The translations under genes and the position numbers were made by a program. The notes beneath the pieces are model-generated. The model was not told the DNA's origin. It worked only from the letters and a program-made list of their open reading frames with translations, and did no database searches. A stretch of DNA of 64,000 nt from Haplodiscus bocki. Taxonomy: Eukaryota. Of this stretch, positions 27,400 to 40,505 are shown one piece after another (position 1 is the stretch's first letter; every line of letters starts with the position of its first letter). The DNA lies in NCBI GenBank assembly GCA_965655095.1, contig OZ296648.1:49042001-49106000 (forward strand), in the 5' to 3' direction.

Positions 27400-28886
27400 T
27401 GTTCGGCTGTATCCTGGAGACAACCAGTTATACTGTCGTGTGTGTCCTGTTCTTGAGGTTTATTCTTCCAGGGAAGTGGCCTGTTTGCTGCATTGGCTCC
27501 AACGTAACATCTCTCTGTGGAGTGATTCGTTTTGCCATATGTCTAACAGAGAGGGTAGAGAGTTGTAGATTTTCTGTCATTGTTGTGATGGTTGAGGTTG
27601 GAGTCGTTTGTGTCACTATTGATTTTTCCAGCATTATCTGGGTTGCCTTCAATTTGTTTTTTGTGCGTCACAGTGTTCATCTGAGTTTCATCAGGATATT
27701 CCAAACTGTTTAGCTCTAATTCCCTTTCGAGGTTTGTCACAATTTGTTCATACGTGCCGTTTTCCAACTGGGCCTGGTTTATTGATTTTTTCAGGTGTGG
27801 AGGCATCTTGGCATATATGAATTGTCCAATGATTGCTTGGGCATCAACTCAGAACGCATCTTTTGCCAATTTCTGGAGTTCGTCCAAAAAATCAAGTAAC
27901 TTCTGGTTCACTGGATTGAACACTAGTGGTTGAAATTTGAGCTTTGCCGTAGCCATTGACTGGGGTTTCACGTACTTTCTACGGAACACAGTCAGGATTT
28001 CTGTCAGATTCTCTCGGTTCCGGCTGCTGATGTTTTTGATGTTTCTGCAGCGCATCGCCACGCATGAGAGAGTGGAAATAGTTTATTTTGTCATCATCTG
28101 TGAGCCGTTTGTGGATTTTTAAACTCGTTTGGAACAGATCTCCAAACATTTCAAATTTCTCTGATTTCCCGTCGAAGGTGGGCGTTGTTGTCGTGAGGGA
28201 TTTAGGCAGTTTCGAGCTTCTGTTAATGTTGTTATTGACATTGGCAGAATTACTGTTCGTCGCCAATTGCTGAACGGCCAACAAAATCTGTTCTGCTTCA
28301 ATTGTCGCGGGGGTGTTCTCACTGCCAAATTGTGGCTGACTTGTGGAGCGCGACTTCTTTCGTTTTCCTGAGGAAATTCCAGAGGAGCAGTGGGGAATCT
28401 CTTCTTGAACTGCTGTCATCATGTCGTGGCCATGGCGAGTCTCCCCTTGAACTCCTGTCACCATGTCACGACGATTACGAGTCTCTTCTATAACTGTTGT
28501 CACCATGTCACGTGCAACTTCTGGGCCAGAGTTTTGTGTAATCTGGCTGCGGAAGATGCCTTGTTGAGGATGAGGATCACTCTGGGAGTTGTCCTCATTC
28601 GTTCCCTCGTTTTCCAAGTTTGTGTTCCAGAATGTTCCCGGAACGGTTCCGGAGTGCGTCCGTATCTGTTGGTTCAAGAGAAATTCGTGTAATTAAGACA
28701 GAGCGCCCAAAATGCGGGACTCTGTCCAGCTGAACTTCTGGGACAGTTTTTCAGTGACTCTGTTTTCAATCTCCTCAGAAACTTGTGTGTTCAGGACGTG
28801 TTTCGTGACTGGCAGTTCCTAGGATTTTTATCTTGTATTTCTCTTGTAACGGCTGCCAACTTTCGTTTGTTTCTCAATGTTGCCAT
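27400..28886 (-). pseudogene. gag (starts inside the 5' LTR; frameshifted)
   Basis: MATLRNKRKLAAV start at 28886; PTFDGKSEKFEMFGDLFQTSLK...KINYFHSLMRGDALQ; LDFLDELQKLAKDAF; MPPHLKKSINQAQLE; decayed CCHC knuckles. Confidence 0.8.
28398..28523 (-). repeat. Three 42-bp tandem units, each an LTR-end motif plus a PBS-like TGGTGACAG(G/C)AGT
   Basis: The units encode MVTTVIEETRNRRD / MVTGVQGETRHGHD / MMTAVQEEI. PBS variants are TGGTGACAACAGT, TGGTGACAGGAGT and TGATGACAGCAGT. Confidence 0.8.
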
Positions 28887-30032
28887 CCTTTTGAAGGAAA
28901 AAGGCTAGGCATTATCAAGACTGAATTAGCTTTTATTTGTTAATCAACTTGAGATTATAACAAAAATTGTGACAGTTTAAAATAAACAACTAGTCGCAAT
29001 CAGTACAGTCAACTGATAATCAAAATGATATTAAGTACCCTTCCTTAGTACTTTCGTTTCTCCTATTTATACCTTTTCCTTGGCGGGAAACATTTTTGTT
29101 TACACGCCAAGTAAAGGTACAAAGTAGGGAAAAGTAACTTTAATCATAATAATTACAAAGGAAATATGCCGACTCTGGCGGGAAATAAACAACTTTCCTC
29201 CATTTCCTCCTTTACATACCGCGTCTTTTCCATCTTTCAACGGAAAAATATACGGGTCTGATCAGTCGGAAATGGATATCAAAGTGCTAATTCCCGCGCC
29301 GACACAATAAATAATAACATAAACAAATGATTGGAAAGATTTTCCATACGAGGAAAGTAATAAAAAATGCACCAAAATTAGGTAAAATATACTAAAATAA
29401 TCATATGAAATCAAAATTACAAGCTTGATAAAACTATTGCATCGATTTAATCCACTTTCGGAACGAAGCTAAGCTTTTTCCTAGTCCGTTCTTCGTTAAT
29501 ACAGGCTGGTTCTTCATTTTGGAGAAAGTGTTCCCGAACGACTACCTAGCCGCTTGTAGCACTGCTCTCCGCAGTGCTACTGAGGAGAATGAATCTGGTG
29601 GCCACGTAGACGTTCCCTGTTCGTCCAAATTGACACAGCATAAAAGCACAGCGTTTTGGTTGAAATTTTTGTGACGTCACCAGATCGGTAGCGACGGAAC
29701 GCGTACGTAACAAAATATTCATTCCTAGCCTAGAGTAGCTACTAGGTAGGTGCGTGTTCGTTACGTAAACGTTCCGTCACAATCTGGATCAGTACACGGG
29801 AGTGCTACGTATAAAATAGGTATAAGTTACATGAACATTTACTGGGGAGTGATACGTATTTGATACGACGTATCAACTACATGTAAAAGCAATGATTTAT
29901 TACTGCAATATTTTTTTATGAATGGAAATGGAAAAGTTTAAAACCTTGATACTGTTTCTTCTTTTTTTCAGGCAATCCGGGGATGTCCTTTTCTTTCTTT
30001 ATGCTCGTAGGCTTCGCGGATATACTGCGACA
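28506..30032 (-). repeat. 5' LTR (1527 bp)
   Basis: TGTCGCAG...GTGACA on the minus strand, followed directly by the PBS TGGTGAC. Confidence 0.9.
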
Positions 30033-33000
30033 CTGTCTAAACTTTGGTCACAGCCAAAACTGCCAAAAAACCACAAAGGTTAACAACTGTGGAAGAAACA
30101 AAAGAAGTAAATTGCAAAGAAGTCTACCACTTATGTCAGAACTCTGATCGTAATCACGGCGCGAACTCACCACAGTGCCCGAGTACCAAAAAAGTTTAAA
30201 ATTTCTACGTTGAACAGCAGTTCCACAACTGGCAAAATTTGCAAAAATGGTCATCAAACTTGAAGAATGTTCATGTTTTTACAGAATGAAAACTAATTTT
30301 CTCAAAAATTAACAATTTCTTCTGGATTAAGCTTCCATAAAATGGAAGGGCGCAAATCAATTTCAGTTCCAAAAAAAAACAGGATTCTCCAGTACTTTTA
30401 GGAACATAACCAAATTCTTGGGAAAAGTGAAATTCCGGAATACAAAGCCTCATAAATTACAAAAAGCTTTTATTTCAACGTCTTGAAAAATAGTTCACTC
30501 ACCAACACTTTGAGCAGTTACAGCAAGAATAAATTGTTGTTGTCTGGGCAATCACAAACTTAGGAGTGTGGCCTCTAGTGTGTGGATCCGTCCACCTGCC
30601 CTCAGAAGATTCTACCAAATTAAAAGTTCCACCGAAAAACCTACGTTAAGCCGGAACATGCTGTGTCAAGATCTCACAGACAGGTTCATTACACCGGCTC
30701 ACCCGGCTTTATTTAACAGAACACACTAAATGTAGAATGAAAGTGGGAACAACGACCTGACAAACACGCTTGCAACTCAATTGCTCATAATAATTCTTTC
30801 GGTTCCCATTCCTGATTCTCCGAAACTTTAATGCCACAACGCAAGAAAAATCATTGGCTTAACCATTACAACATCGAAACTGGAGTATAACTTGGTACCC
30901 ATCATGACCCTTCACAAAACAAAACTTAATACTGTCGCAACCCACTTAGGATATGTACCAGTCCTGACTGAATTAAACTCGGATATGTGTTAGGTAATCA
31001 ATTACTAACGCGGTAAACTGTCAATTTTGGTGGAATTTTCAATCTATAAGATGTAAACAACTCAAAACTAGAGAGATCTATGAGAAGGACAATGGAGACA
31101 AAATCTGCAATCAAACCGAAGCAAAGTCATCCTGTTGAAAACTTGCAACAGCTAATCGAAACTTCTTGATCCGACGAACTGACTGAACTAAGCCACCAAC
31201 TGCACAAGCCAGCTAAAATCGCGGGAATAGAAAAGCCCCCACAAATGAACATATATACTTAAAAGAAGAGAAAGATGTTCTACAAAGGTCAGGCACCGTT
31301 AAGGATTTTAATACAGTACGCAATGCTTTTCACCCTGAAGAAATGCATTCTAGGATTTTGAGAAGATTGATATGGCATTTTAGCAAGCTCCCTCGAAAGC
31401 TCCCTACCGCTTGCTGAGCGCAGAGTTTCTGTCGATTGAGTACATCTGAATGTGTTAAAGAAAAACAGACTATAGTACACCTTGCGCGTATAGGTCAATC
31501 ACTGTCGGGTAATGTGGGCAAACTCTTCGAGAGTATCCTCGATGCAATATTTCCCATAAATTCATCTGACCAAAACATTCTGGACAGTGAGCACGACGGG
31601 CTTAGACAATATCGCTGCGCAGTGGGGCTTCTGTGCAGGCTGAAATCAAAATGCCAGCAGCTGCGAGATGAATTAAAATTAATTGGTTAAGATTATCAAA
31701 TAGAGAAAAAGCTCTTGATTGGGTCAGCGTAAATCGTCGTCTTTGGACCCTAGGTCCGGCTTGAATAACCTGGAGGATGTTTTTTAATCCGCAAAGTGAA
31801 GTCACATCAAATGCTCATTAAAAAACATTATTGCAGTCGACTTCTTGAGGAAAAAAAAGAGAGTACCAGAGGAGCTGTGCTTCTGATGTCCATCATGCTC
31901 ATCAAAGGTATGTTCTTTGAGATAACAGGCAAATTATGCAAGTCCTTAGACAATGGAGAGGAACAGGTACGAGCTGCTGCGCTGGAACATCTGGCAACAA
32001 AAGCAGAGACGCCCTTGACATTCTCTGCATGTGGCAACAAGTAGAGAATGAAATTGAACTTAGACAGAACAGTCGTAACTCACATTAACTGCAAACCATT
32101 ATAAATTACCACAGGATCAAATAATATTACTTAGTTATAAATGTTGGAAAGCATTTATGGAATACGGGCCGTATCTGACACCAGTTTATTGTTGTTTTTC
32201 TTTGAAACTCCGTGTTCTTTTAAGTTAAAACCAAAAAAGCTTTGTAGTTTAGAGTTTTTACATATAGGATAACCAAGACCTGCAACCGGCGTATGTACTT
32301 CCCTTCATTTTAATTCAGATGATTTTCTGAAAACCCAAAAGCTTTTTTAATTTCCAAAAATTGTCTTTCTTCATCAAATTTTCTAAATTTCTCCAAGTTT
32401 GAAAATTTTCTGACTTTCCGCCCAAAAAACTTCAAATTTAAGGTGGAAGAGGTCTTTTAAAGAATTAATACCAATTAATACCGCATGCTATAGCAAATTT
32501 GCCACATTTAGCGATTTTGAGAAAAAAAAATTAGTTTTCTTCGAAAAAAAAACGTCTAATTTTTCAAAGAAACCGTTTTGAGAAATCTTTGAACTCAAAA
32601 ATTCAGTCGCACTCCACGGGAAAATTGCTACAATTTTGTGAGAAAAATATTCACGTTCAGAAAGTGTCCGATTAGTGTTCGATTTATCATTTGGCAAAAA
32701 TCGGGTAAAAAAAGCGAGGGGATGATTTTCTTTCCATTTTTCAAATATGGGCGGAAATATTTCATATCTTTCCCACTCTTTCTTAAAGATTTTCGGTGCT
32801 ACTTTTGTGTTAAAAATTTGAGCAGCTGAGCCATGAAGGTTCCACAAGACAGACTACTAATCTTTAAAACCTTCATACGGGAACTTGCGAAAAGAAAAAG
32901 AAGAAATATAAGACTAACAACCAAAGATAGGTTCCGTTTCCCAGAAATAGCAATCGAAAGAAACATTTATATATGGTTTGAAAGGGAAACAGCAGAGATG

Positions 33001-33141
33001 AGAAAATTTTCTTTTGTTGGAAAGCCAGTTGAAAGGAATAACACAAACTTTGAGCCCATCTCTAGCAACACCTTACAGAATTTCAGTCAAAACAATTTGA
33101 AACTTCTCCAATGACTTTACACTCCGATTTGAGGCGATGGT

Positions 33142-33700
33142 AGTAGTGTACAAATAAGCATATGACACCAGCTGCGGCGGCCGCACATTTTAACCAAAAA
33201 ATAAACAACAAAAAATTCAAAACAGAGTCCCTACACGGGAGCATAATTATAAAATAAAACATAAAATGAAAAAAATTTACTTATTAATGGGGTAACACAA
33301 GTTATTAATGAAATTAAATGAAATTATATTATATCAATGATGTAGAATTATAATTAAAAATTAAGCAAAAATATGCCATACCACTAACATAAAATTTAGA
33401 AATTAAAATTTCAACTATGTGTAAGAATAACATAAAAAATAAAACAAAACATTCAAATACCCTGTGTAGGATAACTCTGCTACGAATTTTTTGTTGTTTA
33501 TTTTTTGGATAACATGTGCAATCCTTCGCGACTGTTGTCATATGATTATTTGTACACTAATTAGTCGTTCTCTTGATTTAGATAGAATTCTATCATATTA
33601 TCTTACATTTCTTTCTCCACGTGAAATGTACTTCTTAAGTTCATCACTATTTTTCACATGTATAGTCTTTTCAAATTTTTCTTTTACTTTTACAACCATT
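33142..33700 (+). repeat. Left TIR of Polinton B
   Basis: Inverse of ~50240-50796 over its whole length, with substitutions. Confidence 0.85.
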
Positions 33701-33704
33701 TAAT

Positions 33705-36700
33705 AGTACTAATTCCAAGGTATACTTTCTTTATTATTTATGTGATATCGTTTATCATCGAATAAAGAGAATGTTGATTTTTGTTCTACTTGAAGATACA
33801 TTTCATGATTAAGATTTCGAATAATTTATTCATCACATTCGCTTTGATATTCTTCTCCATCTCAACATTTTTTATATTCATCAAAATTATTTTTTTTTCG
33901 AATGAGATTTAGAAATAATTTTCAACTTATTTATTTTTTTATTACCACATTTGAATGAAGAAGCCTCTGACATTAATCAAATAAATTCATCAATCCAAAT
34001 ATTTTCAGAAGTCTCAATTAGGAATTCACCCACAATTTTTTTATTTTTAATATTGAACAGTTCATGATTTTCATTCCAAGTGCTGAAATCAAATAAATCT
34101 CTAAGATTTCTCAAGTCCTTAATTATATTTTGTGTTTCAATACTCAATACAAAATTATCACAATCTTTGCAATGTAATCCTAATTTCTCTTGTCTAAAAT
34201 ATGGTTGTAGTTCAACATATTATGTCTCCTACATTAAAATTTTCCTCAATTCTAACACACTAAAACCTAGATAAACCGGTTTATCCATAAGAAAATCGTT
34301 TCGTTTGAATGTACAACTATCATAATTTTCATATAACTTATGATTTCCATTGAAAGTCAATTTAGATTGTTGTTTTATAGTTTTATCAGAAACATCTTTT
34401 CTGATAATTTCTATTTTCATTCGATCACGAATATGTTCCATAGTTTTTCCATAGAATGCGTCTTTTAAGAATTTTTAGAAGTCTTTCTCAAAGTCATTTT
34501 TAGCCATATTTCGTTTTTGATTATCAAAATTGATATGTCTTTCCAACCACTTACTCTGTTTAAATGAAATAACAGTGTGAATTTTAACTACTACCATCCC
34601 ATGTGTAACAAAAACCTTTACCGTCTTATAATGAGTCAAATAATTTTTTTATCAGACCAACCACATATCACTTTTTTGGTTTGAGTAAAAATAGCTGGTT
34701 TAATTGTTTTCTTATAATCACTATAATCATCGGGAATAATTCTTTTTTGTTTTCAAGAGCACAGGGAGAATTTTTTGTTCTTTCTTTTATAATATTAGAA
34801 TATCTTAAATCAACTTCAACGAAATAACCAATATCACTGTTCTCGGGAGTATTCAAGTTTTTTTCTAATTTAACCTTTCTATCGAATTCAATTTCATCAT
34901 AAGGCAATGATTTTGACATTGCCCATTCAAACAAATTTTTAGCATCAATCTACAAAATCTTAATTTTTTATCTGATTTGACATATCTAATACCCATAACA
35001 CTAATTATGCCAACACCTATAATATTTTCTAATGTTAAAATTAAATCTTTATCTTGAAGTGTTTATAAGTTTATTTCTGTATATTTCAAACCACATTGCC
35101 AATTATAACCAGGTAAACTTACACAACATATAGAGGATTGATACCAAAATTGTTAATTGATACTTTTATAAATATTTCAAATACACATGCAAGTAATTAA
35201 ACATCACTTCTTAAATATAGTTGTGTTAGTTCTCCTCCATTTTTAAAATTGAACAATTTGATAATTTCTTCTGTTTGTTCTATTTCTTAATCATCAGGAC
35301 ATTTATTTTTCTTTATTAAAAAAATCTTCTTTCTTCAAATTATCAACAGGTTTTTGATAATCATCAACAAAACTATTGAAATGTTCAAACGGATATGCTA
35401 ATGTTTTAGTTAAATATTTTAAACTATTTTCAGTAAATTCTGTTTTTAAAACTATACGATCTTTTTCTCCCATATATTCAAGTGAAGCTTCTCTTTTTAA
35501 AAGTTTATCTGCATAAATTTTCTTTAAATCTTTAATACAATCATTTTCATACTTACCTTCTTTAACTAATATTTTTATTTCATTACCAATTTTTAGGATT
35601 TCATTATCAACAATTTCCTCTCCAGAATCTTTCAATGTTTTTTTGACTATTATAAACTAAGGCTTTAGCTAATGAATCTAAGCTACTTCATGGAAATCGA
35701 TCGCTATCTATAAATCTTATACATCCATATGTCACAAATATGTACTCTTCGTTTGTTTTAGGTAAAATATCAAATTTTACTTTATTTTTTTTATCAACTA
35801 AGTTTTCAAAAAACAGATGACCGTCATAATTACTAAAATTGTGAAATATAAATGGTATAAAATTACCTTGTTTCTGTGTGACATTAATATTACATTTGCT
35901 ATTAGCTGGTCCACTGTATTTAAGTGTTAAGTGACAATGAGCTCTTACTTTATCAGAAACAATTTCTTTTTCAGAAAATCTACAAATACTATTATTTCTA
36001 TAACCTTCTTCATTTTCGTCAGTCATTATAATATTTTCAATAGTTTATTTTAAAACAGAAAACCATTTTGTTCTCAAATTTTATAACCTCATTAACAAAC
36101 CAATCAACATTATTATGACCTAAAGGAGATTCAAATTAACCACCTTTTATAATACCATCCAACTCAGATACTATTTCATAACCATGAAGTAATGGATTTT
36201 GCTTATAAATATTAGTTGTTTTATCAACTGTTCTAGAAATATGGATTCATTATCAGCTTCAAAATCTGCATATATTGTGAAGCATAATAGATTTTTATGA
36301 AAATGTTTTTTCCAGTAGAAATGAGACCCAATATTTAACCCTAATGAAAGTATATTTCGTTCACCACGTTGTTGTTTATGTTTGATGAAAACCTTTTGAA
36401 TTGTATAAGAATTCAAACAACGTATAAAAACATAAATACAATAATGATTCCCTAAAAATACAATTAATTTTTTAATAAAAACATAATGTTTTTTGTAATT
36501 TAATCAATCAATAACTCTATCTGATTCACTTTTATTAACTTCAATAGCTATTATTTTGTGTTTCCTTTTGTTTTGATCTTGGTAAAAAGTTAATTCAAAA
36601 TTGTTAAAAGATGAACTGTTTAGTTTCTCAAACTTTTTAAAATCACTACACTTGAATCGATTTGTAAAATGGAAATCTTGATTGTTTAAATCATCAAAAT

Positions 36701-37556
36701 ATTGTCTGTAATTTGATACTCTATTAAGATAATTTTTATTACAAGGACGGAGGTGAGCTAATATTGACCAAATAAATCAATATTCACCATTCCTTTCAAA
36801 TTTCAAAATAGCGTTTGATCTCAGAGGAATTTTCACATAGGATCTACCATTAATTTCATCAGTTCCCTAAAAATGTATTGTCATTGAATTAATCCCATCA
36901 ATTTTCCATCCAGAAGCTTTGAATTCTTGTTATTGTATTTGATGTTCTATTGTAGATTTAAGGTCAAGGTTAGAATTAACTGTTTCTGTTAAAGTATGAT
37001 TATTATTCAAATTAATGAAAAATTCTGTTTCATGCAATACTTGATTATCTTCGTCTTGTTTATCAAATCTTACTGAAAAAAACTTTGTTATTTGAATTCA
37101 TATTGATTTATTAATCTAGCGCAAGCAAAAGATATTTCCTTTATGATTTTATGAATATAAAGAAATTCAATTCCGAATTCAAGATAAATAGGTGTAATAG
37201 TTAATTTAGAAGTTGGATGAATAATATGATGACAATCTAAGTTACTTTTGAATCCATCTTTCAAATTTTTTAACACTGGAATAATAAAGATTATTCATCT
37301 TTTTAGCTAATTCTTTATTTAATTGTTTATCATCTGAATTAATAAAATCTCTAGCTATTTGTCTTAAGGGTTTAGAGTTATATATATTTTTGTTTATTTT
37401 CAACAGGTTCTTCAAATAACCACTCTGGAAAAATCATTTCATTTAGTTTTTCATTTTTTAGATGTTCTTTGCTTCTCAGATCTTTCACATAAGATGCTCT
37501 ATGAACATCAATACCACAAATTTCACATTTGCGGCTAATCGTTTTTGCGTCTCCAT
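33705..37556 (-). pseudogene. Protein-primed DNA polymerase B with N-terminal Zn finger and endonuclease VII-like insert
   Basis: CEICGIDVHRASYVKDL; YADFEA; CRFSEKEIVSDKVRAHCHLTLKYSGPANSKCN (EndoVII-like); FHNFSNYDGHLFF; RFIDS; LAYPFEHF; WAMSKSLPYDE; KPVYLGFSVLELRKILM; FDDKRY. Confidence 0.9.
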
Positions 37557-38994
37557 TTATATTGGAATAATTTATTGAAAAGATTTATCTGAGATCTTTA
37601 TTTTCTCCACCTTAATGTTTCATTATGAGTTTTTCTTCCAATACAATAATTACGTACAAAACAATCATTCAACTTAAAATAGTCGACTTCTTCATCCTCT
37701 TACTTGTTATTTACAAATTCTTTATCATCTCTATTTTTAACGATTGTATAGTACAAATCATAATAATTAAAATTATTATTCTGAACCTGAGGCTTAGTCT
37801 GTAGAAATTTCATTAACAACAATGCTTCATGATAAATTTTACTGATACCTCGAACATGTTTGCTAAAAAGATATTCTCCAAATTGAAAAGTACCACTTTG
37901 TCTCCTATAATTCATTTCATTTTAATAATTATATATATTTTGATAAAATTTTAATTCTGTTTTTCGTTTTAAACTTTGTAAATTATTAATCATATCTTGT
38001 GTTGAAGTTTAAGTAGTAATAATCATTCTCATACAAATTTCTCTCATCCTTTTATCAGCGTAATTTAACCTAGTTGAAAAGTAATAATCTTGCCTACGAA
38101 CTTTTTTGTCAATCTAATGTTTTTGTTTGTCAATAAAATCTTCACAATTTTGACAATAGTAAAGTTTATCAAATTCTAACTAATTATTTCGCCTACAGTT
38201 AGGTCAATTTGGTGGTTTAACTTTTGGTTGTTGTTGGATTGGTTGTTTTTCAATTCTAGGATAATTTTTAACTACTAATTCATCATTATTTTTTTGATGA
38301 CTTCTTGATTCTTCCTTATCTGTGTTTCATTTAGAACATGATTTTGAGTGCTGAGAGAAAGTGGCGGATCTCGGCGTCTTTATATAATATTTTAAGTTGG
38401 AGGAATTAAATATCTTTTGTCTTTTAATTCTACGTAATAGTTACCATTAAGAATTTTCATTTAAATATTCCAAAACAGATCCTATCAAATCATTAAAATT
38501 AGTATTTTCCTAATAAAATCGATCATATTAACATATCTTGCTCACTAATCTGATGTTATCATATCCTATTTTGTAGATACCAGTTGAAATTCTTGAATAA
38601 TTTTGTTCGAAATCAGGATTTTCTAACATATCTTTATGTTTTTCGTTCAAGATATTATTAATTTTTATTTTTTTATTTTTTAAAGTTGATAATACTTCGT
38701 ATATTTTGTCAAAATCATTACTTTCATAAGTTTGATATACATCGACGCATATTCAAAATATTTTGTGTTTTGCATATATTATTCTATTATTGAAACTTTT
38801 TTTTTCGCTGAATTTTAGTAAGTTCATTTTCTCTTTTGATTAAGTTGAATCCACATGAGATACAACTCCATTCAAATTCATATGATAGTAAAGTCTTTTG
38901 ATTTTAATGACCGCAATGTTTAGCTTTTTTTGAAATAATTTCATCTTCTGACAAATTCATTTATTAGGTTTTTTTTTATTTATTTTTAGTTCCT

Positions 38995-39824
38995 TCATAC
39001 TTGATCGTTTTCTTCATGAGATAGTTTTGTCGGTAGTAATAGGTTTTCATTAAGTCTCTTGGTTAGATAGTTGAGTCTATAACTAGGTATAGTCTTTTTG
39101 AAGACTTCTGTTAATGTATAAATCTTATAGCTATAGTTTGTACTACCTCCTTTGAAATACTTTTTAATATCAGCTGTACGAACTAACTGTCCTAGAATAA
39201 TTTTTGGTTTTCGGACTTCTCCATTGTCTTTGAGAATTGGATAGACTTCTTGTTTGTTTGTTTGTTTTTTAAAAAATTGAATAAGAGTCTTTTTAATGCT
39301 ATTGTCAATTGTGGTAATAAACTTCTTTATGACAGATGGTATATCACTCAACCAATCAGCATTACCTTTTAAGAAGATTGGTTTTCTTAACTAATTTCTT
39401 AAAGTTCTAATGACTCGTTCTGCTATCGTTGGGCCTTTATCTGTGAATATTGTATAATGTTGTACAATTTTACTTTTTAAAAAAATTTGGAAGATTCTAT
39501 GGTAAAATTCTGCTCCTCTATTGCTTTCTGAATTAACAAGAGATCATTTTGAAGTGGTTGGATTTTTTGAAAACTCTTGTGTTAGTGTTTGACTATTTTT
39601 TTAAGTGGTATAGTCAACAATTAATTTGAGATATTGTCAATTATTACAAATTTATATCTAAATCCTTTGTTATTTGAAGTCTTATAATCTGAAAAATCTG
39701 CTAATTCAATACTCCAGGTTTCATCAATATGATTATATATTATTATATTAGTTGGATAGTTTCTCAATGGAGGCTTACTATAAATTTCATCAATAAAAAT
39801 TTTGATAATATATTTCTTGGGCAT
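38995..39824 (-). pseudogene. RVE integrase (element B)
   Basis: IDETWSIELADF...FVIIDNIS; SNRGAEFY; AERVIR; LGQLVRTADIKK.FKGGSTNYSYKIY. Confidence 0.85.
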
Positions 39825-39829
39825 TTAAT

Positions 39830-40505
39830 TTTGAAAAAAATTAGCTTTCACTTCCTAAATGAAGTATATTCGATTATCAATTTTAGAACTCTTTGAAATA
39901 ATTTTTTATAATACCTAGGTCTTAATTAAAACCAATGAGTAGTTTTAATTTTATCTGTTTTATTAGATATGTCTGTTTTAGATAGTGGATAACAATGGTC
40001 AATGGTCCATACAGAGCCATGATTTTCTTCAGTCATATTACCATGAATCTGATATAAAAGCCATTTTTCAAAAAAAAGACTTAGAACATCCTATTAAATC
40101 AAAAGTTTTGTTAAATTTATTTTGAGACTTGAATGCTTGACTTGTTCTAACTCTTATGATATGGGTTAAATTTTGTTAAATTTTTTGACATTTTGAGATT
40201 TCAATGCTTGACTTGTTCTAACTCTTATGTTATGGGTTAATATATAAATGAAAACAGCCTCTCTTCTCTTTCTCTGACAGAGATTTATTTTTGTTCGATT
40301 CTGCTGTTTTTTCTATACTTTTTGGTTGATATTTACTCGATCACGATTTTCTAAAAAAACTTTTAAGTTTCTTCTTGATTTTCATCAAAAAAATTTATTT
40401 TACAGGTTATACATTCAGAACGTACACCATCTTTAGTTTAATTTGTTTTCCTGAAAATTACTCTTTGTTGATTTAATTCCACTTTTCGAACGTTTCTTTA
40501 TATCA
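39830..40505 (-). pseudogene. HNH-type endonuclease (element B)
   Basis: Reverse complement gives KDGVRSECITCK at the N-terminus, then KTFDLIGC...WLLYQIHGNMTEENHGSVWTIDHCYPLS. Contains a ~55-bp local duplication at ~40121-40242. Confidence 0.6.

Larger units (their letters stand above)
22887..30032 (-). mobile_element. Gypsy-like LTR retrotransposon with decayed, internally deleted pol
   Basis: Paired ~1.53-kb LTRs, TSD CTGTC at 22882-22886 and 30033-30037, PPT at 24415-24426, PBS at ~28490-28505, gag on the minus strand. Confidence 0.9.

Noticed and set aside
28398-28523. Repeat-spacer appearance resembling a CRISPR array
   Set aside because: Only three units, the variable parts are alignable, the context is eukaryotic retrotransposon and there are no cas genes.
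30040-31000. Possible further LINE remnant right of the Gypsy element
   Set aside because: Too decayed to assign from motifs alone.
31200-32044. Possible Ty1/copia RT-RNaseH remnant (RQYRCAVGLL, DWVSVNRR)
   Set aside because: Motif similarity too weak and no LTRs found.
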